Virus record (IMG/VR): IMGVR_UViG_3300021430_000310
Span: 1,202-65,201 of that record
Length of the DNA stretch: 64,000 nucleotides
From: a virus
Taxonomy: Duplodnaviria; Caudoviricetes
Reading direction: 5' to 3' (one strand)
Shown: in pieces, positions 36,210-45,194 of the stretch
Position numbering within the stretch: position 1 is the stretch's first letter
Layout of the letters: the number at the start of each line of letters is the position of its first letter
Program-made: the position numbers and the translations under genes
The notes under the pieces: generated by a model
What the model was told of the DNA's origin: nothing
Seen by the model: only the letters and a program-made list of their open reading frames with translations
Databases searched by the model: none

Positions 36210-37240
36210 CTAAAGGAGCCCCATCTGCTCAATGTGGTGCCACCCACAGCTCTGGCTGCTCTGGGCAGGAACCCAGTCACTCCTGATGCTCGTACCGCAT
36301 TTGATCCCAAACCAGCCAACACGCCACCCACAAAGGGTATTTGACTCACACCACCCAACAGTGAATCCAAGGTGTTCTCCAGTTGGTCATTTAGATCCAA
36401 CAGGAAGGAGTTTACACCCCCAAATGCATCTGCAGGCTCAAAGTAATCACCCATGTTCAAACCAAACAATTCTATTTCTCTGTTACCCACAGGAGCAGCC
36501 ACCTGGGTATAAGCAAATCCTTCATGTTTGATCGTCATGTCCACCACAGCCAATTCACTAGTGACACTTGCATCCATGGCATCAAAGGTGATACTTTCTA
36601 TTTTGGGATTATAGAAGGTGACCTGGGTGTACTTCTTACCATAAAATGTGTAAACATCCAGTGTGTCAAAAAAGCTGTTGTTGCCATTAGCTCCACCTTG
36701 TGGTGAAAAACCCCAACCATTAGTGATGGGGAAGTCCTCTCTACCTGTGATCACACTGCTCTTCCAGGCTGTTGAGTTCTTGGGTCTGCCGTCACCAAAA
36801 TACCATTTGTGATAGTCACGCCACACTCTGAGCACTCTGTCATCCACAGTGTCATGCAATGTGAGGCTGAGATCCCCATACTCTATGCCTGTGTGCACAT
36901 GCCTCTTGCGATTGTATTGATTAAGTGTTTGCATCTTGGGACTGGCTTTCACACGGTCCACTTTGTTAATTTGAAATGCGAATCCTGTTTGCCAGGATTG
37001 GAAGTTGGCTCCTTGTGCCCCAGATCCAGGTGTGAAACATGCATAAAACATGAACTTGTGCCTGGGTGTGGCTTGGATGACTCTGTTAGCTTTGCTGACT
37101 ACTGTGGCTCGCTTGTTGTTGCGCAGCATGAGGGGCAGTCCACGGTAATACGTGCGAGTCCCTCCGGCGGCGCCTGTGGAGGTTGCGCCGCCGGCCAGAG
37201 TGCTGGCCACATTACCTGTTATTGCACCTACAATGCTCAT
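36206..37240 (-). CDS. Tail tube-like baseplate protein (gp48/gp54-like)
   Basis: TLNQYNRKRHVHTGIEYGDLSLTLHDT; tube-fold pattern. Confidence 0.7.
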   Translation of the reverse strand: MSIVGAITGNVASTLAGGATSTGAAGGTRTYYRGLPLMLRNNKRATVVSKANRVIQATPRHKFMFYACFTPGSGAQGANFQSWQTGFAFQINKVDRVKASPKMQTLNQYNRKRHVHTGIEYGDLSLTLHDTVDDRVLRVWRDYHKWYFGDGRPKNSTAWKSSVITGREDFPITNGWGFSPQGGANGNNSFFDTLDVYTFYGKKYTQVTFYNPKIESITFDAMDASVTSELAVVDMTIKHEGFAYTQVAAPVGNREIELFGLNMGDYFEPADAFGGVNSFLLDLNDQLENTLDSLLGGVSQIPFVGGVLAGLGSNAVRASGVTGFLPRAARAVGGTTLSRWGSFR

Positions 37241-37249
37241 GGACTAACC

Positions 37250-37831
37250 TTAAGCGATGGTTACACCAGGTCTAAACTCTGGGTTGAGCTCCATGAGACC
37301 GTCAGCCAGGGTGGCGTTGTCGTATCTGATGGTCATCTGCACTGTGACAGCTTCTGAGCTGGAGTAATCCAGCTGCTGGTAATCCACCTGCTGCAAGAAG
37401 CATCCTTCCAGAGTCCACTGCTCAAAAACTGCTTCATTACCACCATCCATGATTTCAATAATCATGGTGAACTTGTAATTGATGCCTGCAGCAGCTGAAG
37501 TCTGCTCAAAAAAGTTCATCTGCTTCTGCAGCTGATGACCCACCAAACGTGCTACAGAGTTGGTGATGTCATCTCTGACTTCCAGGCTGATGGTCTGCCA
37601 GGATGCCTTACCAGCATAATACATGATGCTGTTGTAGGAATGTAGTGTGCCTTCTTCAAACTGCACATTGGGGCGGTTCACGTTGACCACCTGCTGTGTG
37701 AGTTCCAGTCCACCTGCAATGGGCCCAAAGTTGATCACACGCACACGGAAACGGTGACGGATCTTGGGCTGAAATTGGCCAGTTCTGGTTCCATTGATGG
37801 GAACACCAAACTTGCTGAGAGTCTCTACCAT
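37250..37831 (-). CDS. gp19: Tail tube protein
   Basis: YYAGKASWQTISLEVRDD, EQWTLEGCFLQ.VDY..LDYSSSE..MTIRYDNA; TAAATA at 37866-37871. Confidence 0.88.
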   Translation of the reverse strand: MVETLSKFGVPINGTRTGQFQPKIRHRFRVRVINFGPIAGGLELTQQVVNVNRPNVQFEEGTLHSYNSIMYYAGKASWQTISLEVRDDITNSVARLVGHQLQKQMNFFEQTSAAAGINYKFTMIIEIMDGGNEAVFEQWTLEGCFLQQVDYQQLDYSSSEAVTVQMTIRYDNATLADGLMELNPEFRPGVTIA

Positions 37832-37905
37832 AAATTATCTCCACACGAGAAAGTTGTTGTGCGGATATTTATGGCAGAGAATTTAAAATTCTGATAGGGT
37901 AGTAG

Positions 37906-38280
37906 TTAGGCGTGACCCACGTGCCCATATGCTAGTTTTGCGATCACTTCCTGTTGATTTGTGATACCTTCACGCACCACTTCCCAACTACTGGATAAAA
38001 CTTCCTCATGATGATCTTCATGAACCAAGCTGATCAAATTACCCAAACTTTCACTCAAACATTCAATAGTGAGGGCCAAACTTTCATTCTTGCCCAGTTT
38101 GTTGTTATAAAACTCTAAAATCTCCACAGCATAACGAGTGATTTCTGCACACACATAGTCTCTTGCATTGGCTCGTTCTTGAGCCAGTTCTGCAAGTTCA
38201 GTGTCTGCTAAGTCATCATTTTCGTCATCTGAGCACAGGTCCGAATCCAGTTTGAGGTCACTCATGATAATCTCCTTCAT
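37906..38280 (-). CDS. Hypothetical acidic protein
   Basis: AAGGAG SD; sits between sheath and tube. Confidence 0.6.
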   Translation of the reverse strand: MKEIIMSDLKLDSDLCSDDENDDLADTELAELAQERANARDYVCAEITRYAVEILEFYNNKLGKNESLALTIECLSESLGNLISLVHEDHHEEVLSSSWEVVREGITNQQEVIAKLAYGHVGHA

Positions 38281-38376
38281 GTTAGAATTTAAGTATTATG
38301 CAAGATAAGTCAAACCCTGGCACGTCTGCGCAGACCACCATTGTGAGTATTTAAATGAGATTGTGATCAGATGAGA

Positions 38377-38404
38377 AAGGCGGCACAATCACTCGTGCCG
38401 CCTT
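38377..38404 (-). terminator. Terminator after tail sheath gene
   Basis: 10-bp stem AAGGCGGCAC/GTGCCGCCTT. Confidence 0.65.
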
Positions 38405-38421
38405 GCAAGTTTTTCTGCCAA

Positions 38422-41400
38422 TTAGGTGGGCAGTGGATCACCTGTGTTCAATATACGCACTGGTATGTAGATGAACTCCACAGCCTTGGTGGGCTTGATG
38501 GCTATGTCAATCCACAACTCATTGCGGTCAATTCTGTCTGGTGTGTTATTACTTTCATCACACAGCACCGCAAAGTCATACACAGCTCTGAGTGCCACCA
38601 GGTCACCCATAAAGCTTTCAAAGGTTCTCTGCACAGCATCACGTGTGTATTGATCATTGGGCTCGAACAGGAAGGGCTTGGCCAGGTTGTCCAACTGGTA
38701 GTTGAGGTAGTTGACCAATCTGCTCACATTCACTCTGTTCAGTGCACTTTCCACTGGGCTCAGAGTCTTTTGGCCATATATGACCAATCCTCTGCCTGGA
38801 ATGAATCTGATGGGGTTCACATCATTCTCATACAGTACATCGCTCTGTCCCTGGCTCAGCTGCACAGGCACATATTCATTCTCACCATTCAGGTAACCCA
38901 CGCTAGTGAGCACGCTGATCAAACCTCTGTTCAATCCTGCTGGTGCAAACCATGGGTAGCTGACTTGGTCGTTGAATGCAAAGGTTCTCAGCACTGCCAC
39001 GCTGGGCGGCACAAACACTTCGGAACCATCCAGGTTGGTGGCCAAGCCCCAAGGATAGTAGACACCTGCATATCTGGAGCGAGTGATCAGCCCTTCTTCT
39101 CCATTTGTGGCTGCGTTGTTCTGGTTGAGTGCCCAAGTCTGTATGCTGGTGCCATCTGGCATCAGTCTGGCAGGAGGATCAATCAGCACAAATGCTACAT
39201 CCTTCTTATCGGTGTTAAGGGTCACCAGTTCGTCAATGAGTTCTGCATAACCAGGCGCTGCCATGAGGTTGAAGAAGTTGCCTTCTGCTCTGATGTCCTG
39301 ATTGCTCACTATAGCAGCCTGCATGGCTTGCACCACCATTCTGCGCTGAGCCTTGCGACCCATGTAGGGAGCACCTGTTGTGGACACTCCACTGGCAGTA
39401 ACCCATCTGTCTCTCCATGTGCCAGTGGTCAGGTAATTGGGTGTCCACATCTTCACATTGTTGGTGCTGTATCTCATGTTGAACACCAACATGCCAAATG
39501 GATAGCTGAGTGCACTGGGTGCGTCAGGATCCACATAGTCACTCACCAACATGGATGCAATTGCTTCACTGCCTGTGGATGCACCATTGTCATTGGGCCG
39601 GACATCTGCAAACACCACACCCTGGCTGGTGGTCTGATCAGTCACATCAATCAATGTCCATAGTGCGTTCAAGCTGTCATAGCGATACATCTTGGGGTAA
39701 TTCTCCAAGTCGCTGGTGTCTATCCACAAGTCTTGGTCCACTAAGGGGGTAAAACCATCACTTTGTGTGGAAGGCTCTGTGGCGCTGAGTATCACACCAT
39801 TAGGATCAGTGGCAGGGTACATGTTTCTGTAACCCATCCACTGTGTGCCGTCACTCACCATGATGTCCACTCTGAGATCCTGGTTGAACCACAGAGCACC
39901 AGCAGGTGGTTGAGCACGAGGTGGTGTTGCACTCTGTGCATAAGGCACAGGTTGATTGTTGACTGTATAACTGTGTGCAGCCACCCAAGCGGTTCCTGTC
40001 CATGCCTTCACAACCAGGGTGGCTGTGCGAGGAGTGGTCACGTTGCTGTTAAATTGCACATACAGGCTGCCTGGTGTTCTCTGGCTGCTATATGCAGTGT
40101 TGGCACTAGCATCATCTTCATACAAGGGCGCTGCTCTCAGCTGCCAAGTGTCGGTTCCTGCGTTATATCTCTTCATGCTCCATGAGGAGCCTCTGTTACC
40201 TGGAGTGGTGTTAATCCATATGTTGCCAGCAGTCAGTTGTGACACAGCCTTGGGTTGTGGCTGCTGTGCTGTATAACCCTGATACACCAACACGTTGCCC
40301 AACGTGGCTGCGCATGGTATGCCTGTGAGCATGGTGAATGGTGCAACTGCTGTAGCATTCACTCCATTGCGCAAAGTAAAGAATGTGCCCTGCTTGCTTC
40401 TGATTCGGAATAGGGTTTCTGCACCCACTGACACCAAGCTGGCCTCAATGTAGGGGTTGATGGTGGAGTTGTTGTTGATGGCATCCACAAACTCTGTGGG
40501 CGTATAACCTGAACCAGGAGTGTCAATTGTGGCTGACACACCTCCCACTGTGATGGTCAACTTGGTGTTTTCCACAAATGCAGGAGCTCCCAAAGTGGTC
40601 ACATCCACTGTGCCTGTGACATCGCCGTAAAATGTCTGTGTTTGGCTGATGCCCACACCGTCAAACAATCCGCCCACAGTGTCAATCAGTTGCACAGTGG
40701 TGCCTGCATAGTTGGTGATGCGCAGGTAGGCGTCAGGCCCTTGAGTGAATATGCTGGCCACTGCTGGCACATTGTTGTTTGCAAATTCTTCATTAAGCTG
40801 GTTAACCAAACCTGAGAGTGTGGTGGCGCCATTTGTAAATGTGAATGTGGTTGCGCCAATAGTGATTTCACTTTCATGACCTGCCACAATGGTGGGTGTT
40901 CTGTCTGTGCCTGTGACCACAGTGGGTGTGGCTTCTGACCAACCTGCACCAGGCGCTTCCACATCTGTGCTGCCAATCAGGAACCATCTCACTTGTGTGC
41001 TGTTGGCAGTTGTGATGAGGATCTTTTCAAACATTTGAACTTGTGTGACCAAGTCACCATTGGCATTTCTGCTCTTGTATGCATTTACTGCAACACTTCC
41101 CACAGATCCCAAGCTGAGCACAGGTGTGATCTGATTGATGGGTGTAGCAGATAGGCCCAGTGCAGTCAGCACACCTGCGGTGCTGCCTGTGAAGCTGAGA
41201 CCAGCTTCCAGATCTACATTAGCGCATACAAGACGCAAGTTGTAGACTGTAGCAGCTTGAGTGATGGGTGTCACACCTGTTTCATACGCAAACACTCTCT
41301 CTGCAACTTGAGCACTTAGCACTTTAACTGCGCTATTGGTGCTTGTGGCCACGGCAGAATTGATCTTCTGCACCACATCCAGCAGGCTGTCTGTGCCCAC

Positions 41401-42030
41401 AATGCCCACTTGCAAGTTGAAGGGCAAGATTACCAATGTGCCTGAGGCCAACAAATCTGCATTGGGGTCCAGGATGGGAGTAGCAGTTACTCCCTGCACA
41501 TGAAGTTCCAGTTGGGCTGCGTTGTCAATTACGATGGGCTGAATAGCGCCCCAGGCCAGGCTGGAGTTGATGTTGCCGTTTGATCTGAACACACCCCAGG
41601 AAGTGTTAGCAGTATCCAACCACAAGGAACCATTACGTGGCTCACCTGCAGGAGGCAGGCTGGAACTCTCCAGAGCAGCCAAATCCACATCTGCTCTCAT
41701 CACAAATGTTCTGTTGGCCAGACCCAGGTATTGGTAAGCTGCATACAAACCCCACTCATTGAGCTCACTACCATATTGAGGAGTGCCTGCCTGAGTGGTG
41801 AATCTGGGGTTACCAAATGTTTGAATTAGTTCTCTTTGGCTGGTGATGTTATACAGTTTGCCTGCATTTGCCTTCACTGTGCCAGGTGCTATGGAAGTGG
41901 TGTTGCCAGGTTGCCCTTTGTCTTGGGCAGTGGCCAGCATGATGAAGGGCACAGTGCCAGCACCGGCACCGGCATAAAAACTTTCATCAATTATTTGAAC
42001 TTGAACCCCAGGGCTCACAAGATTTGCCAT
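38422..42030 (-). CDS. gp18: Tail sheath protein (1202 aa)
   Basis: LVSPGVQVQIIDES, WFAPAG.NRG, YGQKT, RVNVSRL, RNELWIDIAIKP.KAVEFIYIP; TAAATA at 42064-42069. Confidence 0.95.
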   Translation of the reverse strand: MANLVSPGVQVQIIDESFYAGAGAGTVPFIMLATAQDKGQPGNTTSIAPGTVKANAGKLYNITSQRELIQTFGNPRFTTQAGTPQYGSELNEWGLYAAYQYLGLANRTFVMRADVDLAALESSSLPPAGEPRNGSLWLDTANTSWGVFRSNGNINSSLAWGAIQPIVIDNAAQLELHVQGVTATPILDPNADLLASGTLVILPFNLQVGIVGTDSLLDVVQKINSAVATSTNSAVKVLSAQVAERVFAYETGVTPITQAATVYNLRLVCANVDLEAGLSFTGSTAGVLTALGLSATPINQITPVLSLGSVGSVAVNAYKSRNANGDLVTQVQMFEKILITTANSTQVRWFLIGSTDVEAPGAGWSEATPTVVTGTDRTPTIVAGHESEITIGATTFTFTNGATTLSGLVNQLNEEFANNNVPAVASIFTQGPDAYLRITNYAGTTVQLIDTVGGLFDGVGISQTQTFYGDVTGTVDVTTLGAPAFVENTKLTITVGGVSATIDTPGSGYTPTEFVDAINNNSTINPYIEASLVSVGAETLFRIRSKQGTFFTLRNGVNATAVAPFTMLTGIPCAATLGNVLVYQGYTAQQPQPKAVSQLTAGNIWINTTPGNRGSSWSMKRYNAGTDTWQLRAAPLYEDDASANTAYSSQRTPGSLYVQFNSNVTTPRTATLVVKAWTGTAWVAAHSYTVNNQPVPYAQSATPPRAQPPAGALWFNQDLRVDIMVSDGTQWMGYRNMYPATDPNGVILSATEPSTQSDGFTPLVDQDLWIDTSDLENYPKMYRYDSLNALWTLIDVTDQTTSQGVVFADVRPNDNGASTGSEAIASMLVSDYVDPDAPSALSYPFGMLVFNMRYSTNNVKMWTPNYLTTGTWRDRWVTASGVSTTGAPYMGRKAQRRMVVQAMQAAIVSNQDIRAEGNFFNLMAAPGYAELIDELVTLNTDKKDVAFVLIDPPARLMPDGTSIQTWALNQNNAATNGEEGLITRSRYAGVYYPWGLATNLDGSEVFVPPSVAVLRTFAFNDQVSYPWFAPAGLNRGLISVLTSVGYLNGENEYVPVQLSQGQSDVLYENDVNPIRFIPGRGLVIYGQKTLSPVESALNRVNVSRLVNYLNYQLDNLAKPFLFEPNDQYTRDAVQRTFESFMGDLVALRAVYDFAVLCDESNNTPDRIDRNELWIDIAIKPTKAVEFIYIPVRILNTGDPLPT

Positions 42031-42104
42031 TTTTACCTCATGCAGAATATGCGCTTGTTGCGATATTTAGTATGAGGGTTAAAAATGGGGGGTTTCAGAA
42101 CCAG

Positions 42105-42749
42105 TTAAGTGAGCAGTTTACACCATTCCAACACCAGTTGTTCCAGATCTTCCAGTGTGCCTGTATTCTCAATCACATGATCAAAGTCCCAGCCCACCCA
42201 GTCTTGCTCACTTTCATGCACCTGTTTGAGCTCGCTCAGGAAAGGTTTGATCAATTTACGCTGCCACACAGGCCGCTTGTTCAACCAGGACACCTGGTCA
42301 TACCAGGTGGGCAGAGGATGTCTCTTGACCCAAATGGTCACACCGCCCTGATCTCTGATCATCTGCAATTCATTTCGGAATCTGGCATCTGTGATCACCA
42401 CAGGAGACACACGTGATTGCAGTTGTTTCTGCATGAGATCACACCATTGTGTGTCCAGAAACCTGCGGCGGATTAAATCTGTGCCAATTTCTGTCATGGC
42501 CTGTCTGGGAGTGAATGGTCTGCCCAGTTTATCACTCCAGTATGGATCTGGATGCTCTCTCCATGTGCGACTTCCTGGAGTCAGACCCCTCAGCATGGTG
42601 AGATCCCATCCAAACTGGATACTCAGTATCCTCTTGAGTGGGTCTGCAAAGCTGATGGGTGTATAGCCTGCATGATGGGCAAGTATTTGGCCCACGGTGT
42701 CCTTGCCGTGGCCCTTGAAGCCACTTATGCTGATGATGCGATGTGTCAT
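42105..42749 (-). CDS. gp1: Deoxynucleoside monophosphate kinase
   Basis: ISGFKGHGKDT, SFADPLK, TPR..M..IGTD, VVITDARF.NE, HESE. Confidence 0.9.
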   Translation of the reverse strand: MTHRIISISGFKGHGKDTVGQILAHHAGYTPISFADPLKRILSIQFGWDLTMLRGLTPGSRTWREHPDPYWSDKLGRPFTPRQAMTEIGTDLIRRRFLDTQWCDLMQKQLQSRVSPVVITDARFRNELQMIRDQGGVTIWVKRHPLPTWYDQVSWLNKRPVWQRKLIKPFLSELKQVHESEQDWVGWDFDHVIENTGTLEDLEQLVLEWCKLLT

Positions 42750-42787
42750 GCATGAGCATGACACATCCATACACAAACCGTCAACAG

Positions 42788-43549
42788 TTATCCCAGAATC
42801 ACCATGGATTGTGGTGTGCCACCATCCACATAGTTGAGGATCTCCTGGTCCAGCTGAGCCATCTCTTCCTTGGCTTCGGCTTTGAGAGCATCTCCATTAA
42901 GTGTGAAACCTCCCTGAGGCCCAATGCCCTGGCTGTATTTGGAGTAGGCTTGACCTCGCATCTCCTTACAGAGTGCCAGAGTGTAGGATCTCACCCAGGG
43001 CCTGGCATATGGGTCTTTCAGGATCATGTCATCTGGTTTGATCTTGAGAACCCACAGCAACACAGTCTCTTCACCCAGGATGCGACGTACAATTGTGAGC
43101 TTCTTGCTCACAGTGTTGTAGTGGTAGTTGATGTCTCTACCAAACATTCTGCCAGCTTGTTCCTGGTATTGGTAAAACAGCTCAAAGGTCAACAAACCAG
43201 CTGTGTATCCACCGCCTGCACCTGCTTGTAGCAGATACAGATTGGTGTATGCCAGACTGAAGGGATCAATATAAGTGCCGCCTGTGGTGCCACCCAGCCC
43301 ACGTCTGAGGATCTGTCTGACTTCTGCAATCTCTTCAGGCAGGTAATATTCTGTTTGTTCAGGTTGCAGGGCCAGGAAGGCATAAGCTTCTTCCACAGCA
43401 TTAGATGAGCGTTGGCGATAACGCTCCAGTGCCAGCTTGATGGCCATCTGGTAGTCTGCGGCTCCCAGATCAGTTTCAATCATGGAGCCGCCCATTAGGC
43501 GCTCCACATCATCAATTATCTCTTGTTTTGCACTTACGGTTGCACTCAT
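42788..43549 (-). CDS. gp13: Neck protein (gp13-like)
   Basis: Y.LPEEI, GP.GG.TLNG.AL..EA..E..LD.EI; TAAATA at 43579-43584. Confidence 0.8.
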   Translation of the reverse strand: MSATVSAKQEIIDDVERLMGGSMIETDLGAADYQMAIKLALERYRQRSSNAVEEAYAFLALQPEQTEYYLPEEIAEVRQILRRGLGGTTGGTYIDPFSLAYTNLYLLQAGAGGGYTAGLLTFELFYQYQEQAGRMFGRDINYHYNTVSKKLTIVRRILGEETVLLWVLKIKPDDMILKDPYARPWVRSYTLALCKEMRGQAYSKYSQGIGPQGGFTLNGDALKAEAKEEMAQLDQEILNYVDGGTPQSMVILG

Positions 43550-43588
43550 GCGATACACCCAACTTGATCTGTTTGGTGTATTTAAATG

Positions 43589-44053
43589 TCAGAATGCAAA
43601 CAAATCCTCAAATGTGTTGTCTGCTAGGCGATAGCCTGACTCAGTCTTCTCAAAGGAATAGTTGTATGTGAGACCATCTGCACACACAATGTTGCCATCA
43701 TTGCCTGTGGGAGTGAGACCCAGGTTTTGTCTGCATGTTCTCCAGTTGTCTGCCTGCAACTCCACACCGTAAATCTGCTTGTTGAGGATGTGTGCTTCAC
43801 GCTTGATGGGATCAGGTTCCCAGTCAGCCAGACCCTCCATGAGTCTGCGTTTGACTTCCATCAGGAAGGCCCCTGCACCACATGAGTTGTCCAGCCAGGT
43901 CTTGGTAGGATCAGACCAGATGTCCGCAGGCAGCTGATCCAGAATTTCATTCACCAGTTCAGGTGGAGTGAACACTTCACCAAACTGCTTCTTCTTCTCC
44001 TCTTTGGAGAGGGTCACATCTGTTTCGTCATCAACATCTACAATATCAGACAT
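43589..44053 (-). CDS. Truncated N6-adenine MTase-like protein (AdoMet-binding half only)
   Basis: GEVFTP (motif X), DNSCGAGAF (I), YGVEL (II), NIVCADGL (III); ends before any NPPY. Confidence 0.8.
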   Translation of the reverse strand: MSDIVDVDDETDVTLSKEEKKKQFGEVFTPPELVNEILDQLPADIWSDPTKTWLDNSCGAGAFLMEVKRRLMEGLADWEPDPIKREAHILNKQIYGVELQADNWRTCRQNLGLTPTGNDGNIVCADGLTYNYSFEKTESGYRLADNTFEDLFAF

Positions 44054-45194
44054 TATACCAGTCCTTTTTGAAATGTTCAAACATACCATAATCAGTATAA
44101 AATGTGTTCCATTTAGTTGCTGCTATGATACGCTTACCTTTTTCGCTATTCAAGAATTTAACAATCTTATCACCTTCTTGTTTGTTTTTAATACCAATAC
44201 CGAATGTGAGCTGACTCATACCGTATTCACCCTTGTAGTCATTATACGGATATTGATAACGTCCTTGACTTAAGATCACTTTAGGCTTACCAAAATGAAT
44301 ATTCTGATCCGGTGGACTATAATCAAAGTATCTGTACTCAATACCCTCTTTGTTCATGAGATGAATCACCGGATATTTGAATTTTTTAGTCTTATTCACA
44401 GTGTGAACTTTTTGTGTGTGGTAAAATGTGTTGTATAAAACTTCACATCCTTCCCCCAATAATTGAGATATATCATCAATTGCATAATTGGATAACCACT
44501 TCAGGGCAGATAAATCTAGGTGATGAGACACACCTTCTTGATCTTTTGTTATTGTTTTTTGAGTTGGAACACAATTTTGGATTATATAATAATCAATGGG
44601 AGTTCCTACACCAAACACACTTTGTGCCCATGAATCATCTTTCATAACAAGATAAGTCATTTGGTAATCTTTAGTTAAAGTATTCCATAGATTATATCTG
44701 TCAAAAGGTTTACGCCATCCTGGTGGATGCACCATACCCATATATCCATGTGGCTTAAGTAGCTCTAGTGATTTTTTAACAAACAAGGGCCACAGAGAAC
44801 TCTCACCTCTACCGCCCAGTCTAGCCTCAGCTTTTCCTGACTGATAAGGTGGATTACCCACAATCACATCAAACTTCATGTTGCCCCAATCATGTGTGAG
44901 GAAGTCCATCACATATAGGTGATTACTTAACACCTTGTGCCAATTCTTAACATACTTTACGCGAATCAGCCGCTCCTCGCAACCCCACACACGTGAAGCG
45001 ATGTTTTCTTTTGAATGACCAGCTGCCAACAGCCGCCGCTCAATGGCCCTGATGAACTGACCACCTGCCATGGCAGGATCCAGGAATGTGATGCGAGGAT
45101 CAGTCCACACATGATCAGGCAGTTGGTTGAGAATCTCCTCAACCAGATCCTGAATGGGCAGTTTTAGACGCATGAGTCCTTGTGTCATGATCAT
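44046..45194 (-). CDS. Eco57I/TaqI-like amino-methyltransferase with TRD
   Basis: FLDPAMAGGQF, FDVIVGNPPY, LW..FV..SL.LLK..GY..P.GW; ATGA overlap with upstream gene. Confidence 0.85.
   Translation of the reverse strand: MIMTQGLMRLKLPIQDLVEEILNQLPDHVWTDPRITFLDPAMAGGQFIRAIERRLLAAGHSKENIASRVWGCEERLIRVKYVKNWHKVLSNHLYVMDFLTHDWGNMKFDVIVGNPPYQSGKAEARLGGRGESSLWPLFVKKSLELLKPHGYMGMVHPPGWRKPFDRYNLWNTLTKDYQMTYLVMKDDSWAQSVFGVGTPIDYYIIQNCVPTQKTITKDQEGVSHHLDLSALKWLSNYAIDDISQLLGEGCEVLYNTFYHTQKVHTVNKTKKFKYPVIHLMNKEGIEYRYFDYSPPDQNIHFGKPKVILSQGRYQYPYNDYKGEYGMSQLTFGIGIKNKQEGDKIVKFLNSEKGKRIIAATKWNTFYTDYGMFEHFKKDWYNV

Noticed and set aside
38371-39663. 430-aa plus-strand ORF antisense to the sheath gene (likewise 10228-11094, 16105-17052, 19667-20857, 49138-50295)
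   Set aside because: These are shadow ORFs opposite well-supported genes. They have no motifs or RBS and are expected where codon bias makes antisense stops rare.
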